Below are positions 7,310-16,839 of a DNA stretch of 53,613 nucleotides, one piece after another. Made by a program: the position numbers and the translations under genes. The DNA is taken from NCBI GenBank assembly GCA_038046605.1, contig JBBSVW010000043.1:1-53613 (forward strand), written 5' to 3'. Below the pieces are notes generated by a model. That model ran no database searches. It was not told the origin of the DNA and worked only from the letters and a program-made list of their open reading frames with translations. Position 1 is the first letter of the stretch. Each line of letters opens with the position of its first letter. Source of the DNA: Candidatus Micrarchaeota archaeon (GTDB lineage Archaea > Micrarchaeota > Micrarchaeia > Norongarragalinales > SBBD01).

Positions 7310-9097
7310 TTACCGCACATCCAACTGGTAAACGGTAACTCCCTCATTCGAATACACCAGGGTTAGCAATTTCCTTAGAGATTCGCCAATTTTCCCCTCC
7401 AATTCGCGGTTTGCAAACACATAATTAATGCGATATTTTGCAAGCAACGAGGTATCCCCGGCAAGCATTTGCTTTTGCTCGCTTTCCAATTGGTCCTTAT
7501 CAAACCCTTGCGACCAAATCCAGTAGGGGTTAGAATAAGCCGCAAGCCTTCCGGCATACGCATAGATGCAGCCGCTCTCTTCCAAACTCTCGGGAGTAAG
7601 GAATACGGAATTTTGGGGGGTGTTTTCCTTTATCCATTTGCAAGCCTCAAAAGTTTGCGCATCTCCGAGTGATTGCTGTGCGATTGTAGGCGAAGGGGGA
7701 AGGAAAAATTTGAATTGATGGGCAGTTGACAGGAGTGCGATCAATAAAATTGCAAATCCTGCGTATCGGATAATTGGCTTGAGCGAAATTATATGCAATA
7801 CAAATGCAGCTGCGAAAACGCCTAGCAAAATAAAGAAGGGCATGAAAAACTTCTCATTCGCCCACATATCCGGAAAGACGATGATGAAGCTCGAAAGTGC
7901 GTAAAGCAAGCCGGATGTTAGCAGGAGGTTTTTCAGATCGGCCCTTATTTTTACAAAATAGAGCGCGAGCAATGCGAAGGCGATGTGGCCGCCTGCATTT
8001 TGCAACCAGAAGAGCAGCAGGTCGGGGATGCTTTCCAGATGGGCGTATAGCTCAAAATGAATAAATCTCAAAATGGAGGGGGTTGCTTTCTCGGAAAAGA
8101 AGAATAAGTATTGCAATGCACCGGCAAAAATCGCAATTGCACCGCCCACGTAAAACCGCCTATTCCTTTCAAATAGGATACCATATGTGATGAAAATGAA
8201 CATCAACGCATAAAAGAATGGGCCGAACATGGGAAGGAGTGCGATCAAGGTGCCCAGGATTAAGAATTTCTTTTCCCCCTCCAATTCCAAGAATGCTTTT
8301 AGGAAAACTGCGAAAAACAGGAATGACAAGGCCATGGGGAGCTGGTTGAATGCGAATGAAAGCACTATTGGCCTTAGGGGAAAACCGCTGTTTGCTGAAA
8401 ATGAAAAGAAAGGCGAAAACCATGCAGCATCATTTATGAGGCATGCGGCACATGCGGAGCTGAAGAATGCAAGGAAAATTGCAAGCACGCCGCCCAGTTT
8501 GCTTTTCAGCAAATTACGAGAAGTGGAATAGATTGAAGTTATGATAGAAGAAATGAGTAAAACGATTACAAGAGGATACGCAGTTAGGGAATCCAGCCCG
8601 CCTTTAACCAAACTCGAAATAAACAGGTGGCTGAAATAATAGTAGCTGAGGGGCGCTTGTGAAAGATACGGATATTGCGGCGGGAAATTGCCTTCCGCAA
8701 GTGAGTTTGTAATCCCAAGGTGCACCGCCCAATCCTGCGAAATGACTGCAAAGCCGTCGGAATAGCCCAATGCATGGGATGCCACATACCCCATAAGCAA
8801 AAAGGCCAGTAGGAAAATTGCAAATGAATCTGGAGAAAATAAGGAGGTAGTAATTGATTTGAACCGTATTTTTTCATCCTTCAAAATGAATGCGAAAATC
8901 AGGAGGGAAATGAGAATTGCGCCGGAAATGGAAATAGTTGAATAACCCAAGAGGGATGAAAGCGCGAATAGGAAATAGCTGAATGCGACAATACCAAACA
9001 GGAATGAAGGCGCAAATAGCTCCGCCTTGAAGAATTTCCTGGAGATCGAATAACCTGCAAGAAATGCGGAGATTAAAACCAGAAACGCGAGCAGCAT
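7310..9097 (-). CDS. Polytopic membrane protein, probable GT-C-fold glycosyltransferase (paralog of 4762-6555)
   Basis: DWAVHLGITNSLAEGNFPPQYP..LSYYY, DLLLFWLQNAG and ACKWIKENTP shared with the paralog. Confidence 0.7.
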   Translation of the reverse strand: MLLAFLVLISAFLAGYSISRKFFKAELFAPSFLFGIVAFSYFLFALSSLLGYSTISISGAILISLLIFAFILKDEKIRFKSITTSLFSPDSFAIFLLAFLLMGYVASHALGYSDGFAVISQDWAVHLGITNSLAEGNFPPQYPYLSQAPLSYYYFSHLFISSLVKGGLDSLTAYPLVIVLLISSIITSIYSTSRNLLKSKLGGVLAIFLAFFSSACAACLINDAAWFSPFFSFSANSGFPLRPIVLSFAFNQLPMALSFLFFAVFLKAFLELEGEKKFLILGTLIALLPMFGPFFYALMFIFITYGILFERNRRFYVGGAIAIFAGALQYLFFFSEKATPSILRFIHFELYAHLESIPDLLLFWLQNAGGHIAFALLALYFVKIRADLKNLLLTSGLLYALSSFIIVFPDMWANEKFFMPFFILLGVFAAAFVLHIISLKPIIRYAGFAILLIALLSTAHQFKFFLPPSPTIAQQSLGDAQTFEACKWIKENTPQNSVFLTPESLEESGCIYAYAGRLAAYSNPYWIWSQGFDKDQLESEQKQMLAGDTSLLAKYRINYVFANRELEGKIGESLRKLLTLVYSNEGVTVYQLDVR

Positions 9098-9109
9098 AAG
9101 CGCACCAAA

Positions 9110-9484
9110 TCAGCCCTTTTTTTCCTTCAATAGGTCCTTAACCTGGTCCAAGGTGGCATATTCCAGCGGATTAATTGAGTTCAGCACATAGCGCATCTCT
9201 GAAACGTCCTTGCGGAGATCCTCGATGTCTTTTTTTAGCGCAGAGATATCCGCCGTATTAGCGCTCCCAACAGCAATTTCCCTCTCGCCTCCCCCACCGC
9301 CGGTTGCCATCTCATCTAGTTCCTTAATTTTCTCGTTGTGGGCAACTATTGTCCTTCCGATTATCTCCTCGTTTTGCTCGATTGTGCGAAGTTTCTGGGC
9401 AATTAGGGATATTTTGGAATCTAGTGTGTGGATATCTTGCCTAACCGAATCAAAGACCTTTGCTTGGGGTTGGGGTGGAGCCAT
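9110..9484 (-). CDS. Coiled-coil hypothetical protein
   Basis: 124-aa ORF with heptad pattern and C-terminal INPLEYATLDQVKDLL. Confidence 0.75.
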   Translation of the reverse strand: MAPPQPQAKVFDSVRQDIHTLDSKISLIAQKLRTIEQNEEIIGRTIVAHNEKIKELDEMATGGGGGEREIAVGSANTADISALKKDIEDLRKDVSEMRYVLNSINPLEYATLDQVKDLLKEKKG

Positions 9485-9615
9485 GTCTTTTTCACTTGCA
9501 TGCCGGTTGCAAATATTAATAAAATGCCTTTAAATAAACTATGCTACCGAGTTAAAAGCCTTCATGGCGAAATTGATGAAATGGAGGTTTTCAAATAGGG
9601 CAATAATATTACACG

Positions 9616-9689
9616 ATTCGCCACTCAAATTAAGGGGGGAGGCGGCGACACGTGGTGGGGGGATATCCCCCCAGGGGGTGTCAAATGTT
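9616..9689 (+). repeat. Dispersed ~74-bp structured non-coding element, copy 1
   Basis: ATTCGC-N4-CAAATTAAGGGGGGAGGCGGCGACACGTGGTGGGGGGATATCCCCCCAGGGGGTGTCAAATGTT; matches the reverse complement of 24928-24999. Confidence 0.85.
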
Positions 9690-10380
9690 CCCGAAAATGG
9701 ACCCAAGGCAGATGGCGGCAATGATGAAGAAGCTGGGGATAAACAATGAGGAAATCCCAGCTACCAGAGTTGTTATTGAAACACCCTCCGGAAAAAAGAT
9801 CATCATCGATTCGCCCAGTGTTGTTGCGGTTGATATGCAGGGGCAAAAAAGCTTCCAGGTATCCGGAAGCATTCGGGAAATCGATTCAAAAATGGCGGAA
9901 GAAGAGCAATTTGAAATCGAAGCTGATGAACCAGTTTCCGACGAAAAGCTTGCCGAGAGCGATGTTGCAATGGTTGCGCAGCAGGCAAAGATCAGCAGGG
10001 AAAAGGCAAGGGCGCTTTTGGAGGAATCAAGCGGGGACATTGCTGAAGCGATCATGAAAGGAAGCAGCGCGGATTATTTGCAGGATAGGAAAGGGCATGT
10101 CGAACTGGCAAGCCTTATTGGGAATGTCAAAAGCAGGGAGCTCAAGGAAAAAATGCCGCTTCTATTCGAAAGCAATGAAAATGATCATTTGAAGGCTATT
10201 TCCGTCTGGCACCAGATGGGAAGGGAGAAATTTTCACAGATGATTAGGGCGGAGAGCCCGGAGGTCAGGGAGGCATTATTGGGAAAATTGGGAAAAATCA
10301 CAAATGCGCCGGAAGGGGAGAAGACGCTCGTGAGGCAGGAGCTTAGGAGGAAGGCTACGGAATTGAATGGATGGTTCTAA
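9685..10380 (+). CDS. nac: Nascent polypeptide-associated complex protein with extra C-terminal domain
   Basis: MDPRQMAAMMKKLGI..EEI.A.RVVIE..MQGQKSFQVSG NAC domain, then UBA-like DVAMVAQQA..SREKARALLEESSGDIAEAIMK, then ~105 extra residues. Confidence 0.88.
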   Translation: MFPKMDPRQMAAMMKKLGINNEEIPATRVVIETPSGKKIIIDSPSVVAVDMQGQKSFQVSGSIREIDSKMAEEEQFEIEADEPVSDEKLAESDVAMVAQQAKISREKARALLEESSGDIAEAIMKGSSADYLQDRKGHVELASLIGNVKSRELKEKMPLLFESNENDHLKAISVWHQMGREKFSQMIRAESPEVREALLGKLGKITNAPEGEKTLVRQELRRKATELNGWF

Positions 10381-10392
10381 AAAGGTGAGGAA

Positions 10393-10713
10393 ATGGCAAG
10401 AGGGAAAGGGATTAATTCACGCACGGGCATGACAAGGGAAGAGGCATTTGCTTTTGTTGCATCCCATTTGGTTAGGACCAGGGGAGGACCTATAGCCGGA
10501 GGGCACGTCGCATTTCACCTGCCTGAGGGAATAATAAGAAAGATAAACAAGCTCAATTTGGGGAAACGAATCACAACCCGCCAGCCACTTGAGCCAGATA
10601 GGGTAACTGGAAGGCTTGCAAGCACTAGAAATTCCAACAGCATTCCTGTTGGGGGAGGGCTTTTCGAGCCATCAATCAGGAATGAGGAAATAATGCGAAG
10701 AAAACGCAGGTAA
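10393..10713 (+). CDS. Basic hypothetical protein (106 aa)
   Basis: AGGTGAGG Shine-Dalgarno before the ATG; Arg/Gly-rich. Confidence 0.6.
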   Translation: MARGKGINSRTGMTREEAFAFVASHLVRTRGGPIAGGHVAFHLPEGIIRKINKLNLGKRITTRQPLEPDRVTGRLASTRNSNSIPVGGGLFEPSIRNEEIMRRKRR

Positions 10714-10753
10714 ACTTTGCCAAATATTCTTCTGCCCACATCAATTCATATTT

Positions 10754-11842
10754 ATGATCAAAATCAACGGCGACTATCTGGAAGGGGGCGGGCAAATATT
10801 GAGGACTAGCTTGAGCCTGTCAGCTATTCTGGGAAAGGAATTTGAGATCTCCAACATCAGGTCGAAGAGGAAAAAACCAGGGTTGCAGCCACAGCATCTT
10901 ACGGCAGTAAGGGCGATTGCTAAAATATGCGGGGCGGGAGTGAAAGGGGCTGAACTTCATTCCACAGAATTGAATTTTCACCCAACGGCCATTAAGGGCG
11001 GAAAATACATTTTCGATGTTTCGGAAGTGAAAGAATCTGCGGGTTCTGTGAGTTTAATTTTCCAAACAGTTGCGCTCCCTCTGGCATTTTCAGGAACTGA
11101 TTCCCACTTAATCCTTAGAGGGGGAACCCACGTCAACTGGAGCCCTTGCTTTGAATATCTGGATGAGATTTTCCTTCCGACTGTGGAGAGGATGGGCTTT
11201 GAGTGCGAATTGCAGATTAACAGGTACGGCTACTATCCCATCGGAGGGGGGGGAATTGAAGCGAGGATTGGAAAGATCGACAAATTGAAGGGGCTGCAAA
11301 TTGGGAACGGAGAAAATGCGGAAAACCAACTCGATGGAAATAGGGGAAAATTACTTAAAATTGAGGGTGTTTCAGTTGTTTCCAACCTTCCAGAAGATAT
11401 CGCAAAGAGGCAAAAGGAGGAGGCGCTGAAAATGCTCGTGAATTTCAATTGCGATAAGAAAATAGAGGTGAAAAATGCTGCTTCGCCTGGAAAAGGCACC
11501 ATGCTTTTTCTCAAAGCAGTTCACCAAAATTCAGTTGCTGGCTTCTTTTCGCTTGGGGAGATTGGAAAAAAGGCGGAAACGGTCGGGAAGGAGGCGGCGG
11601 TAAGGCTACTTGAGTTTGAAAGGAGCGGCGCGTCCGTGGATGAGCATTTGGCCGACCAGATTTTGCTTTTTGCTGCACTTGCGGAAGGAAAAACGGAGTT
11701 CACGGCGGCAAAAATCACCAACCACCTGAAAACCAATGCCTACACCATCAAGCAATTCCTTCCGGATGTAAAAATTGAGATGGATGAGAAAAACAGGTTG
11801 GTTCGTGTGGAAGGAACAGGGATTGGGATAAATTCCCCATGA
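10754..11842 (+). CDS. rtcA: RNA 3'-terminal phosphate cyclase
   Basis: GDYLEGGGQILRT, PGLQPQH, GGTHV, GYYPIGGG and VDEHLADQ (catalytic His) motifs. Confidence 0.96.
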   Translation: MIKINGDYLEGGGQILRTSLSLSAILGKEFEISNIRSKRKKPGLQPQHLTAVRAIAKICGAGVKGAELHSTELNFHPTAIKGGKYIFDVSEVKESAGSVSLIFQTVALPLAFSGTDSHLILRGGTHVNWSPCFEYLDEIFLPTVERMGFECELQINRYGYYPIGGGGIEARIGKIDKLKGLQIGNGENAENQLDGNRGKLLKIEGVSVVSNLPEDIAKRQKEEALKMLVNFNCDKKIEVKNAASPGKGTMLFLKAVHQNSVAGFFSLGEIGKKAETVGKEAAVRLLEFERSGASVDEHLADQILLFAALAEGKTEFTAAKITNHLKTNAYTIKQFLPDVKIEMDEKNRLVRVEGTGIGINSP

Positions 11843-11897
11843 TGTTAAGGACATCCAACCGTTTACGAATATAAACATGCTCGCGAAAGGATTACTT

Positions 11898-12233
11898 ATG
11901 CCTGAAATCAGCGAAAAGGAAAAATATAAGCAGGCGCACTCGGCAATTAGGGAAATTATTCGAGTTTATGGACCAATGGCCCAAAACAAACTGCGCGATC
12001 TTGTCAGGTATTCTAACATTCGAATTGGTTTTAGACCTGGAAGGTCGTCATTACACCCAGATTTCTGGGCGTTAAAAACGCTGCGTGATCGCGGCTGGTT
12101 AAGCGGAAGGAAAACCAACATCTCATTGAAGCCTGAATGGAAACCAGCCTTCACAGCTGCATGGCTTTCCTACCTGGAATTCAGGAAACCATACCTGAAG
12201 AAAACAGTTAAAAAGAAAACAACGGTTAGATAA
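11898..12233 (+). CDS. Basic hypothetical protein, possibly winged-helix-like
   Basis: ORF with AATATAAA about 25 nt upstream; the fold is a guess. Confidence 0.55.
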   Translation: MPEISEKEKYKQAHSAIREIIRVYGPMAQNKLRDLVRYSNIRIGFRPGRSSLHPDFWALKTLRDRGWLSGRKTNISLKPEWKPAFTAAWLSYLEFRKPYLKKTVKKKTTVR

Positions 12234-12353
12234 ATATGCAAAAACAACCGGAATTAACCAGAATTTTGCCTAAAGAAAGGTTTGGGCATTTGAAATCATT
12301 AGAGCAATTAAAGGGCAACGATAATTTTACTTTTTCCGCTTTTCCTTCCTACT

Positions 12354-13034
12354 TCAAAGCGCGCTTAGCATCTCATCAAGCAATTTAGCCGGATCCCTGC
12401 TTTTCACGAAAGCGCTTGCAAGAAGGACTCCATCTGCCCCCAACTGGATTGATTTTTTCACATCATGCGCATTGGAAACACCGGCCCCAACAAGCACCTT
12501 TATGTTCTTGTCAATTTTCCGGATTTCCCTAACGGAATCGCTCACAATTTCCGGCTTTGCGCTGGAAACGGAAATGCCGCTCCCGATCAGTTCCGGAGGC
12601 TCGACTGCGATGCAGGGAGGATGCAGTTTGGCGATGGCAATGGCTTCGTGTACATCATCTGCGCAGACGATGAGGTCAAGACCGATTTTCCTCGCATGGT
12701 AAACCAGATTGATAAGTTCGGCAACATTTACCTTCTTTTCAGAATGGTTAAGCAAGGTGCCGCTGCATCCGGATGAGAGCATTGATTCTGCAGGAACCGT
12801 GCCAGTGAACGCCCCCTGCGAATTGCTGTCAAAGTGCTGGGAGAACACGGAGAAATGGCCGGATCTGGGGTATTTTGAAGCGGTCAAGGCAAGGTCGGCA
12901 AATTGGGGCGCAACAACCACGCTTTTCTTGTGCTTGTTTGCTAGCTTGAAGGCAACATCGGAAAGATGCATCCCTTTTTCCCCGGCTGATTCCGCATACA
13001 CCTTGTAATTCAGCGCAATTACAGGAGTTTTCAT
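12354..13034 (-). CDS. tpiA: Triosephosphate isomerase (archaeal type)
   Basis: LNYKVY, QH, LLNHSEK, AVEPPELIGSG, VLVGAGV and GVLLAS motifs. Confidence 0.96.
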   Translation of the reverse strand: MKTPVIALNYKVYAESAGEKGMHLSDVAFKLANKHKKSVVVAPQFADLALTASKYPRSGHFSVFSQHFDSNSQGAFTGTVPAESMLSSGCSGTLLNHSEKKVNVAELINLVYHARKIGLDLIVCADDVHEAIAIAKLHPPCIAVEPPELIGSGISVSSAKPEIVSDSVREIRKIDKNIKVLVGAGVSNAHDVKKSIQLGADGVLLASAFVKSRDPAKLLDEMLSAL

Positions 13035-13090
13035 ATTAATCACTTGATTGGATTAAAATTCAAATAACGGCCCATGCCGTCAATTCAGGT

Positions 13091-13246
13091 TCAGCCGAAA
13101 AATACCTTAAACATCGCGCCAACGATGAGCGCAAAGAGGATTGCAACGAATAGGAGCGTCATGTAGCTGGTCGACCTTAAATCCCCCACTTTCCCTTCCA
13201 AGGATTGGAGCCTTTTTTCAATTGCGTCATTCCCGTTTTTTGCCAT
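13091..13246 (-). CDS. Small single-TM protein (51 aa)
   Basis: MAKNGNDAIEKRLQSLEGKV coiled segment followed by one hydrophobic helix. Confidence 0.55.
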   Translation of the reverse strand: MAKNGNDAIEKRLQSLEGKVGDLRSTSYMTLLFVAILFALIVGAMFKVFFG

Positions 13247-13392
13247 ATGCCCACGTTGTGATAATGTTACGTTATGATAAGAATACCATCTAAAGGCATA
13301 AAAAGAAGTCAAGCTGGCTCTTGGGAGGCTAAAAAAATAAATCAAAGGAGGACCTGATGGGGAAATAAGGGGAATGGGAACAGGGGGAAATC

Positions 13393-13439
13393 TAGGGGAT
13401 AAAAATAAAAGAAATAAAAAAGAGGGGAAAAATCCCCTA
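13393..13439 (-). terminator. Putative terminator after the pilin gene
   Basis: Inverted repeat TAGGGGAT/ATCCCCTA enclosing oligo-T tracts on the minus strand, just past the pilin stop. Confidence 0.4.
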
Positions 13440-13447
13440 AAAGGAAA

Positions 13448-13903
13448 TTACTGGCAAGTTCCAATCAGCGGCTTTGCACCCGTGAAGGTGTATGCCGTCA
13501 AGTAGGTCGCATCGGTATACGTAATTACGGCATTATACGAGTAAGATGCGGCGGCAGCGCAACCAGTAGTGAGTGTAAAAACGGTAATTTGGTCCGTTGC
13601 CTCGCCTGGCTGCAGTGTTTCAGTCAATGTGGCTACAATTCCGGTCCCGACATCAACGCCGGTTACAGTTACCGCGAAATTCTTGTTGTTCCTAAGGACC
13701 ATCTTCACATCGGTTCCGGAAACATATGTCCTAACAATCCCAACATCAGTTGTCGTCCAATATGCTAAGCTCTCCTTTTCTGAAATCCCCGAAGTTAGGG
13801 ATGGGAATCCGCCAAGCACGCCAACAACGACGAGAGCGATAATTATGACTACCGCTAAAATCATCAGGTATTCTACCGCAGCTTGCGCCCTTAATTTCAT
13901 CAT
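13448..13903 (-). CDS. Type IV pilin (class III signal peptide), probable major pilin
   Basis: MMKLRA|QAAVEYLMILAVVIIIALVVVGVL; Thr-rich beta domain with two Cys; AGGTGG SD and TATA-like TTTATATA upstream. Confidence 0.88.
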   Translation of the reverse strand: MMKLRAQAAVEYLMILAVVIIIALVVVGVLGGFPSLTSGISEKESLAYWTTTDVGIVRTYVSGTDVKMVLRNNKNFAVTVTGVDVGTGIVATLTETLQPGEATDQITVFTLTTGCAAAASYSYNAVITYTDATYLTAYTFTGAKPLIGTCQ

Positions 13904-13966
13904 ACCACCTTTCAAAATTTTTATTCATTAGCTTTTCGCGATATATAAATGTATCGAAATCGGCGC

Positions 13967-14392
13967 CTAGATTTGGCCATGTTTTTTTGGGAGCAATTGG
14001 TAGGCGCGCGACCAATTGGGGACTTTAAATGGCAAAAGAGCCAAGCCTGCCCTTTTGATCTGGGGTACCAGAACCCTCATTAATTGTTTAAACGGCATAT
14101 CCGGCAAAACAATTCCTCCACCAGCCCCACTATTCTTATACACAAACAGGGGGGATACTGCAGAGCTATATGTGTTAATGCCAAGTACTGCTTCCAAATC
14201 CTTTTCTCCTTTTGTCGTCGGAGGCCTAAAACCTCCCTCCAGAAGAGTTTTTGCAAAATTCTTATTCACGCTATGAAAAGAAAGCTGCATGCCGCTTTCC
14301 GGGTCCTTATGGTTGCGGATAGCCAAAACCAATGAACCATTAACCGCCCCATCTTCCACTAATTTTCTCAAGAGTTCTAAAGGCATATTCAT
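13967..14392 (-). CDS. Hypothetical protein within the pilus locus
   Basis: 141-aa ORF whose start overlaps the stop of the upstream gene (ATGA). Confidence 0.6.
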   Translation of the reverse strand: MNMPLELLRKLVEDGAVNGSLVLAIRNHKDPESGMQLSFHSVNKNFAKTLLEGGFRPPTTKGEKDLEAVLGINTYSSAVSPLFVYKNSGAGGGIVLPDMPFKQLMRVLVPQIKRAGLALLPFKVPNWSRAYQLLPKKHGQI

Positions 14393-15801
14393 CCCACCGG
14401 CAAAATCGACTTCAACACCAAATCCTTTATAATAAAGAATGAGAGCAGGGCTGCACCGGCGACGAAGGGCGAGTATTTCAGGCCCGAGGAGTAGGAGGCG
14501 CTGTTGATGACGCCAAGGAGGGCGGATGCAAGAATGGATGTGATTAGAATCACAATGATTGCTGAACCAAAGAGGAATTCGACGGATAGGGGCGTTGAAA
14601 CCAGCGGTATTGAGGAGATTTCGGATGCGATCCCTCCGCTTGTGGTTTGCGCCTGAAGGCTAGTTACCATGGTGCTGAATTGTATGGATACGGCAAGAAG
14701 AAGGGGGGTTCCGATTATAACTGTAAAAAGTATGAACATGGCATAAAGCCTCGTGTTTGCCGCTAGGTCCTTGCGAAGCTCCTGAGTTTGCCTAATGTCA
14801 GCTGCGGTGTTTTCCAAAAGCTGCGCCAGATGGCCGCCGGATTTGAGGCTTGCGGTAAAGAGGGACACGATCCTTCGGAAGAGCTCCGAATTCGTCTTCT
14901 GCGCCATTTCAGTTAGGGCAGATGTGAACGAATCCGTGCCAAGCGATTTGGTGGTTGCATACTTGATATCCTCCTGAATTGGGCCAAATTCGGGGCGGGC
15001 AGAAGCCCGAAGAGCAACAACAGGGGTCATGCCGGCACGTATATTTGCCGCAATAACCTGCATCGCATCCGGAAGCACGTCCTCAAGACGCCGCCTTCGG
15101 TCATCAATTTGCACGTTTAGGTGGACATAAGCGCTAAAAACCACAAGCAGGAATGCAAGGAATGCGTAGGCGAAAAGCGTAATGATTGAAATTTCCCGAA
15201 AGGCGACCCAAAATAGCATGAAGGCGGTTAAACCGCAAAGTTTTGCTAGAAGCAGGATTTGCCCAAGCCATATTTCCGGCTCTTGCTCCATTCCAGCAAA
15301 GGCCATCTTTTCGCGCACCATCCGGCGCTGGGTTTTGGAGGCGAACCGTGCAAGGAAAAGGTAGATTTTTTCTGAAAATGGCGCTTTAGGAAAAGAGGAA
15401 ATTGGCTTTTCGTTTTTTATATGTGGTTGATGGATTGGGAAACTCAATGGGATAATTTGCGCTTCGGGTGGGGAAAGCAATTTCCCCGCCAATTGAGGAT
15501 CTGCATTTTCAGGGGATTTTTTTGCCCCCCCAATCGATTGGATCCCCTTTTCCATTTTTACATGCTTTTTCCGCAATTTCTCGAGGCCCAATTTTGCCAA
15601 AGCGAGCTTTTTCCGATGCTTTCCGCTTTTCTTTTTCAGCTTGATTTGCCCAAGGGCAGCCACCTGGGCCTCAATGGCAGCTATCTCCTCCTTCAACTTC
15701 CCAATGCTTTGCCCCTTATTTTTTCCCACTCGAAGCGGGATGGGGTTACCTGCGGCATCCACAATGCTTTTGCCAAATTTTTGCGATTTGTTTTGATCCA
15801 T
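14389..15801 (-). CDS. Type II/IV secretion GspF/TadC-like membrane platform protein with basic N-terminal extension
   Basis: LPDAMQVIAANIRAGMTP..ALR..ARPEFG and SLKSGGHLAQLLE motifs plus TM helices. Confidence 0.9.
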   Translation of the reverse strand: MDQNKSQKFGKSIVDAAGNPIPLRVGKNKGQSIGKLKEEIAAIEAQVAALGQIKLKKKSGKHRKKLALAKLGLEKLRKKHVKMEKGIQSIGGAKKSPENADPQLAGKLLSPPEAQIIPLSFPIHQPHIKNEKPISSFPKAPFSEKIYLFLARFASKTQRRMVREKMAFAGMEQEPEIWLGQILLLAKLCGLTAFMLFWVAFREISIITLFAYAFLAFLLVVFSAYVHLNVQIDDRRRRLEDVLPDAMQVIAANIRAGMTPVVALRASARPEFGPIQEDIKYATTKSLGTDSFTSALTEMAQKTNSELFRRIVSLFTASLKSGGHLAQLLENTAADIRQTQELRKDLAANTRLYAMFILFTVIIGTPLLLAVSIQFSTMVTSLQAQTTSGGIASEISSIPLVSTPLSVEFLFGSAIIVILITSILASALLGVINSASYSSGLKYSPFVAGAALLSFFIIKDLVLKSILPVG

Positions 15802-15828
15802 TTTTTTATTCCCTGATTTTTCCGCAAA

Positions 15829-16755
15829 CTACGAATGAACCGCCGGACGCCTGTTTTTGATGAAGCCAATGATAATCATCTGGATGAAAAAGCATAGTGA
15901 GATGAGCGAAACATAGAAGAGCTCATTCACCTGAACCCCTCCAAAGGATGAGAGCACAATTAGCAAGGTTGAGCCAAGGCCCGGGATTGCAACTGCAAAA
16001 ATCATGTACACCAGGGTCAGCACATTAAGCTCTCCGGAAAATCCCTTGATTTGCGCCCTTTGGTAATTGTTAAGTGTTTCAATTGTGGAGCGAAGGGCGC
16101 CTTCGAGGCTGCTTCCGGCCCTAAGTGAAGTCAGCATTTGCCATATGGTTTTGCGCATGAATTCGGACTCCGTCCTTCCGGCCATTTTTTCAAGCGCCCT
16201 ATCCTCCGCCCCTCCGGCTGCTATTTCCCGAACGGTTATTTCAAATTCCTTTGAAACCCGCCCATAATCCGCCCTTGCAACATTTGCCATCGCATCATAA
16301 AGCGGCACTCCGGATGAAATCTGGAGCTCCATATCCTTCAATGCATAAATTAGGTCGCGATCCACATTATCCGCGATTTTTCGCGCCTCGACTTTTGGGT
16401 AGAAGAGGAAAAAGGAGAAGAATACGAAGAAAAACGTGATTCCGGCTGCAAATGCGGATCTAAGCGATTGGAGGAAAAGCAAAAGGCTGCCAATGCTCGG
16501 ATGACTTACAAAGCCGATATCCACACTGCCATTGAAAAGAAGGGGCAAAAAGAGCAGGATGAAAATGATAAGCCCGTAATAGAAGGAATTCGCAAGGGCA
16601 GCTGCAACGTATTCCCCAACTGCAACGGAATATCCGGCCTCCTGCAGGTCAAATTTGAGGCCTGGAATTGCGCCACCGATTTTATTTCCGATGCCAACGA
16701 AACGGCGCAGGTTTCCATTGAGGATTCCGCCGTATTTGAAAACGAAGAGGTTCAT
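15829..16755 (-). CDS. Type II/IV secretion GspF/TadC-like membrane platform protein
   Basis: DLIYALKDMELQISSGVPLYDAM..YGRVSKEF and SLRAGSSL motifs; GGTGA SD before ATG 16755. Confidence 0.9.
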   Translation of the reverse strand: MNLFVFKYGGILNGNLRRFVGIGNKIGGAIPGLKFDLQEAGYSVAVGEYVAAALANSFYYGLIIFILLFLPLLFNGSVDIGFVSHPSIGSLLLFLQSLRSAFAAGITFFFVFFSFFLFYPKVEARKIADNVDRDLIYALKDMELQISSGVPLYDAMANVARADYGRVSKEFEITVREIAAGGAEDRALEKMAGRTESEFMRKTIWQMLTSLRAGSSLEGALRSTIETLNNYQRAQIKGFSGELNVLTLVYMIFAVAIPGLGSTLLIVLSSFGGVQVNELFYVSLISLCFFIQMIIIGFIKNRRPAVHS

Positions 16756-16839
16756 GCTTTCACCAAGGTTGGCATTCCAAAATTTAGATTCTCCTTCCAA
16801 TCTATCCTAACAAACTTATTTTTGAAAAGTGGGTAAAAA

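Noticed and set aside
10754-11842. rtcA as a dedicated partner of the rRNA introns
   Set aside because: It is a widespread housekeeping gene about 9 kb away, and EndA already leaves cyclic phosphates, so no link is supported.
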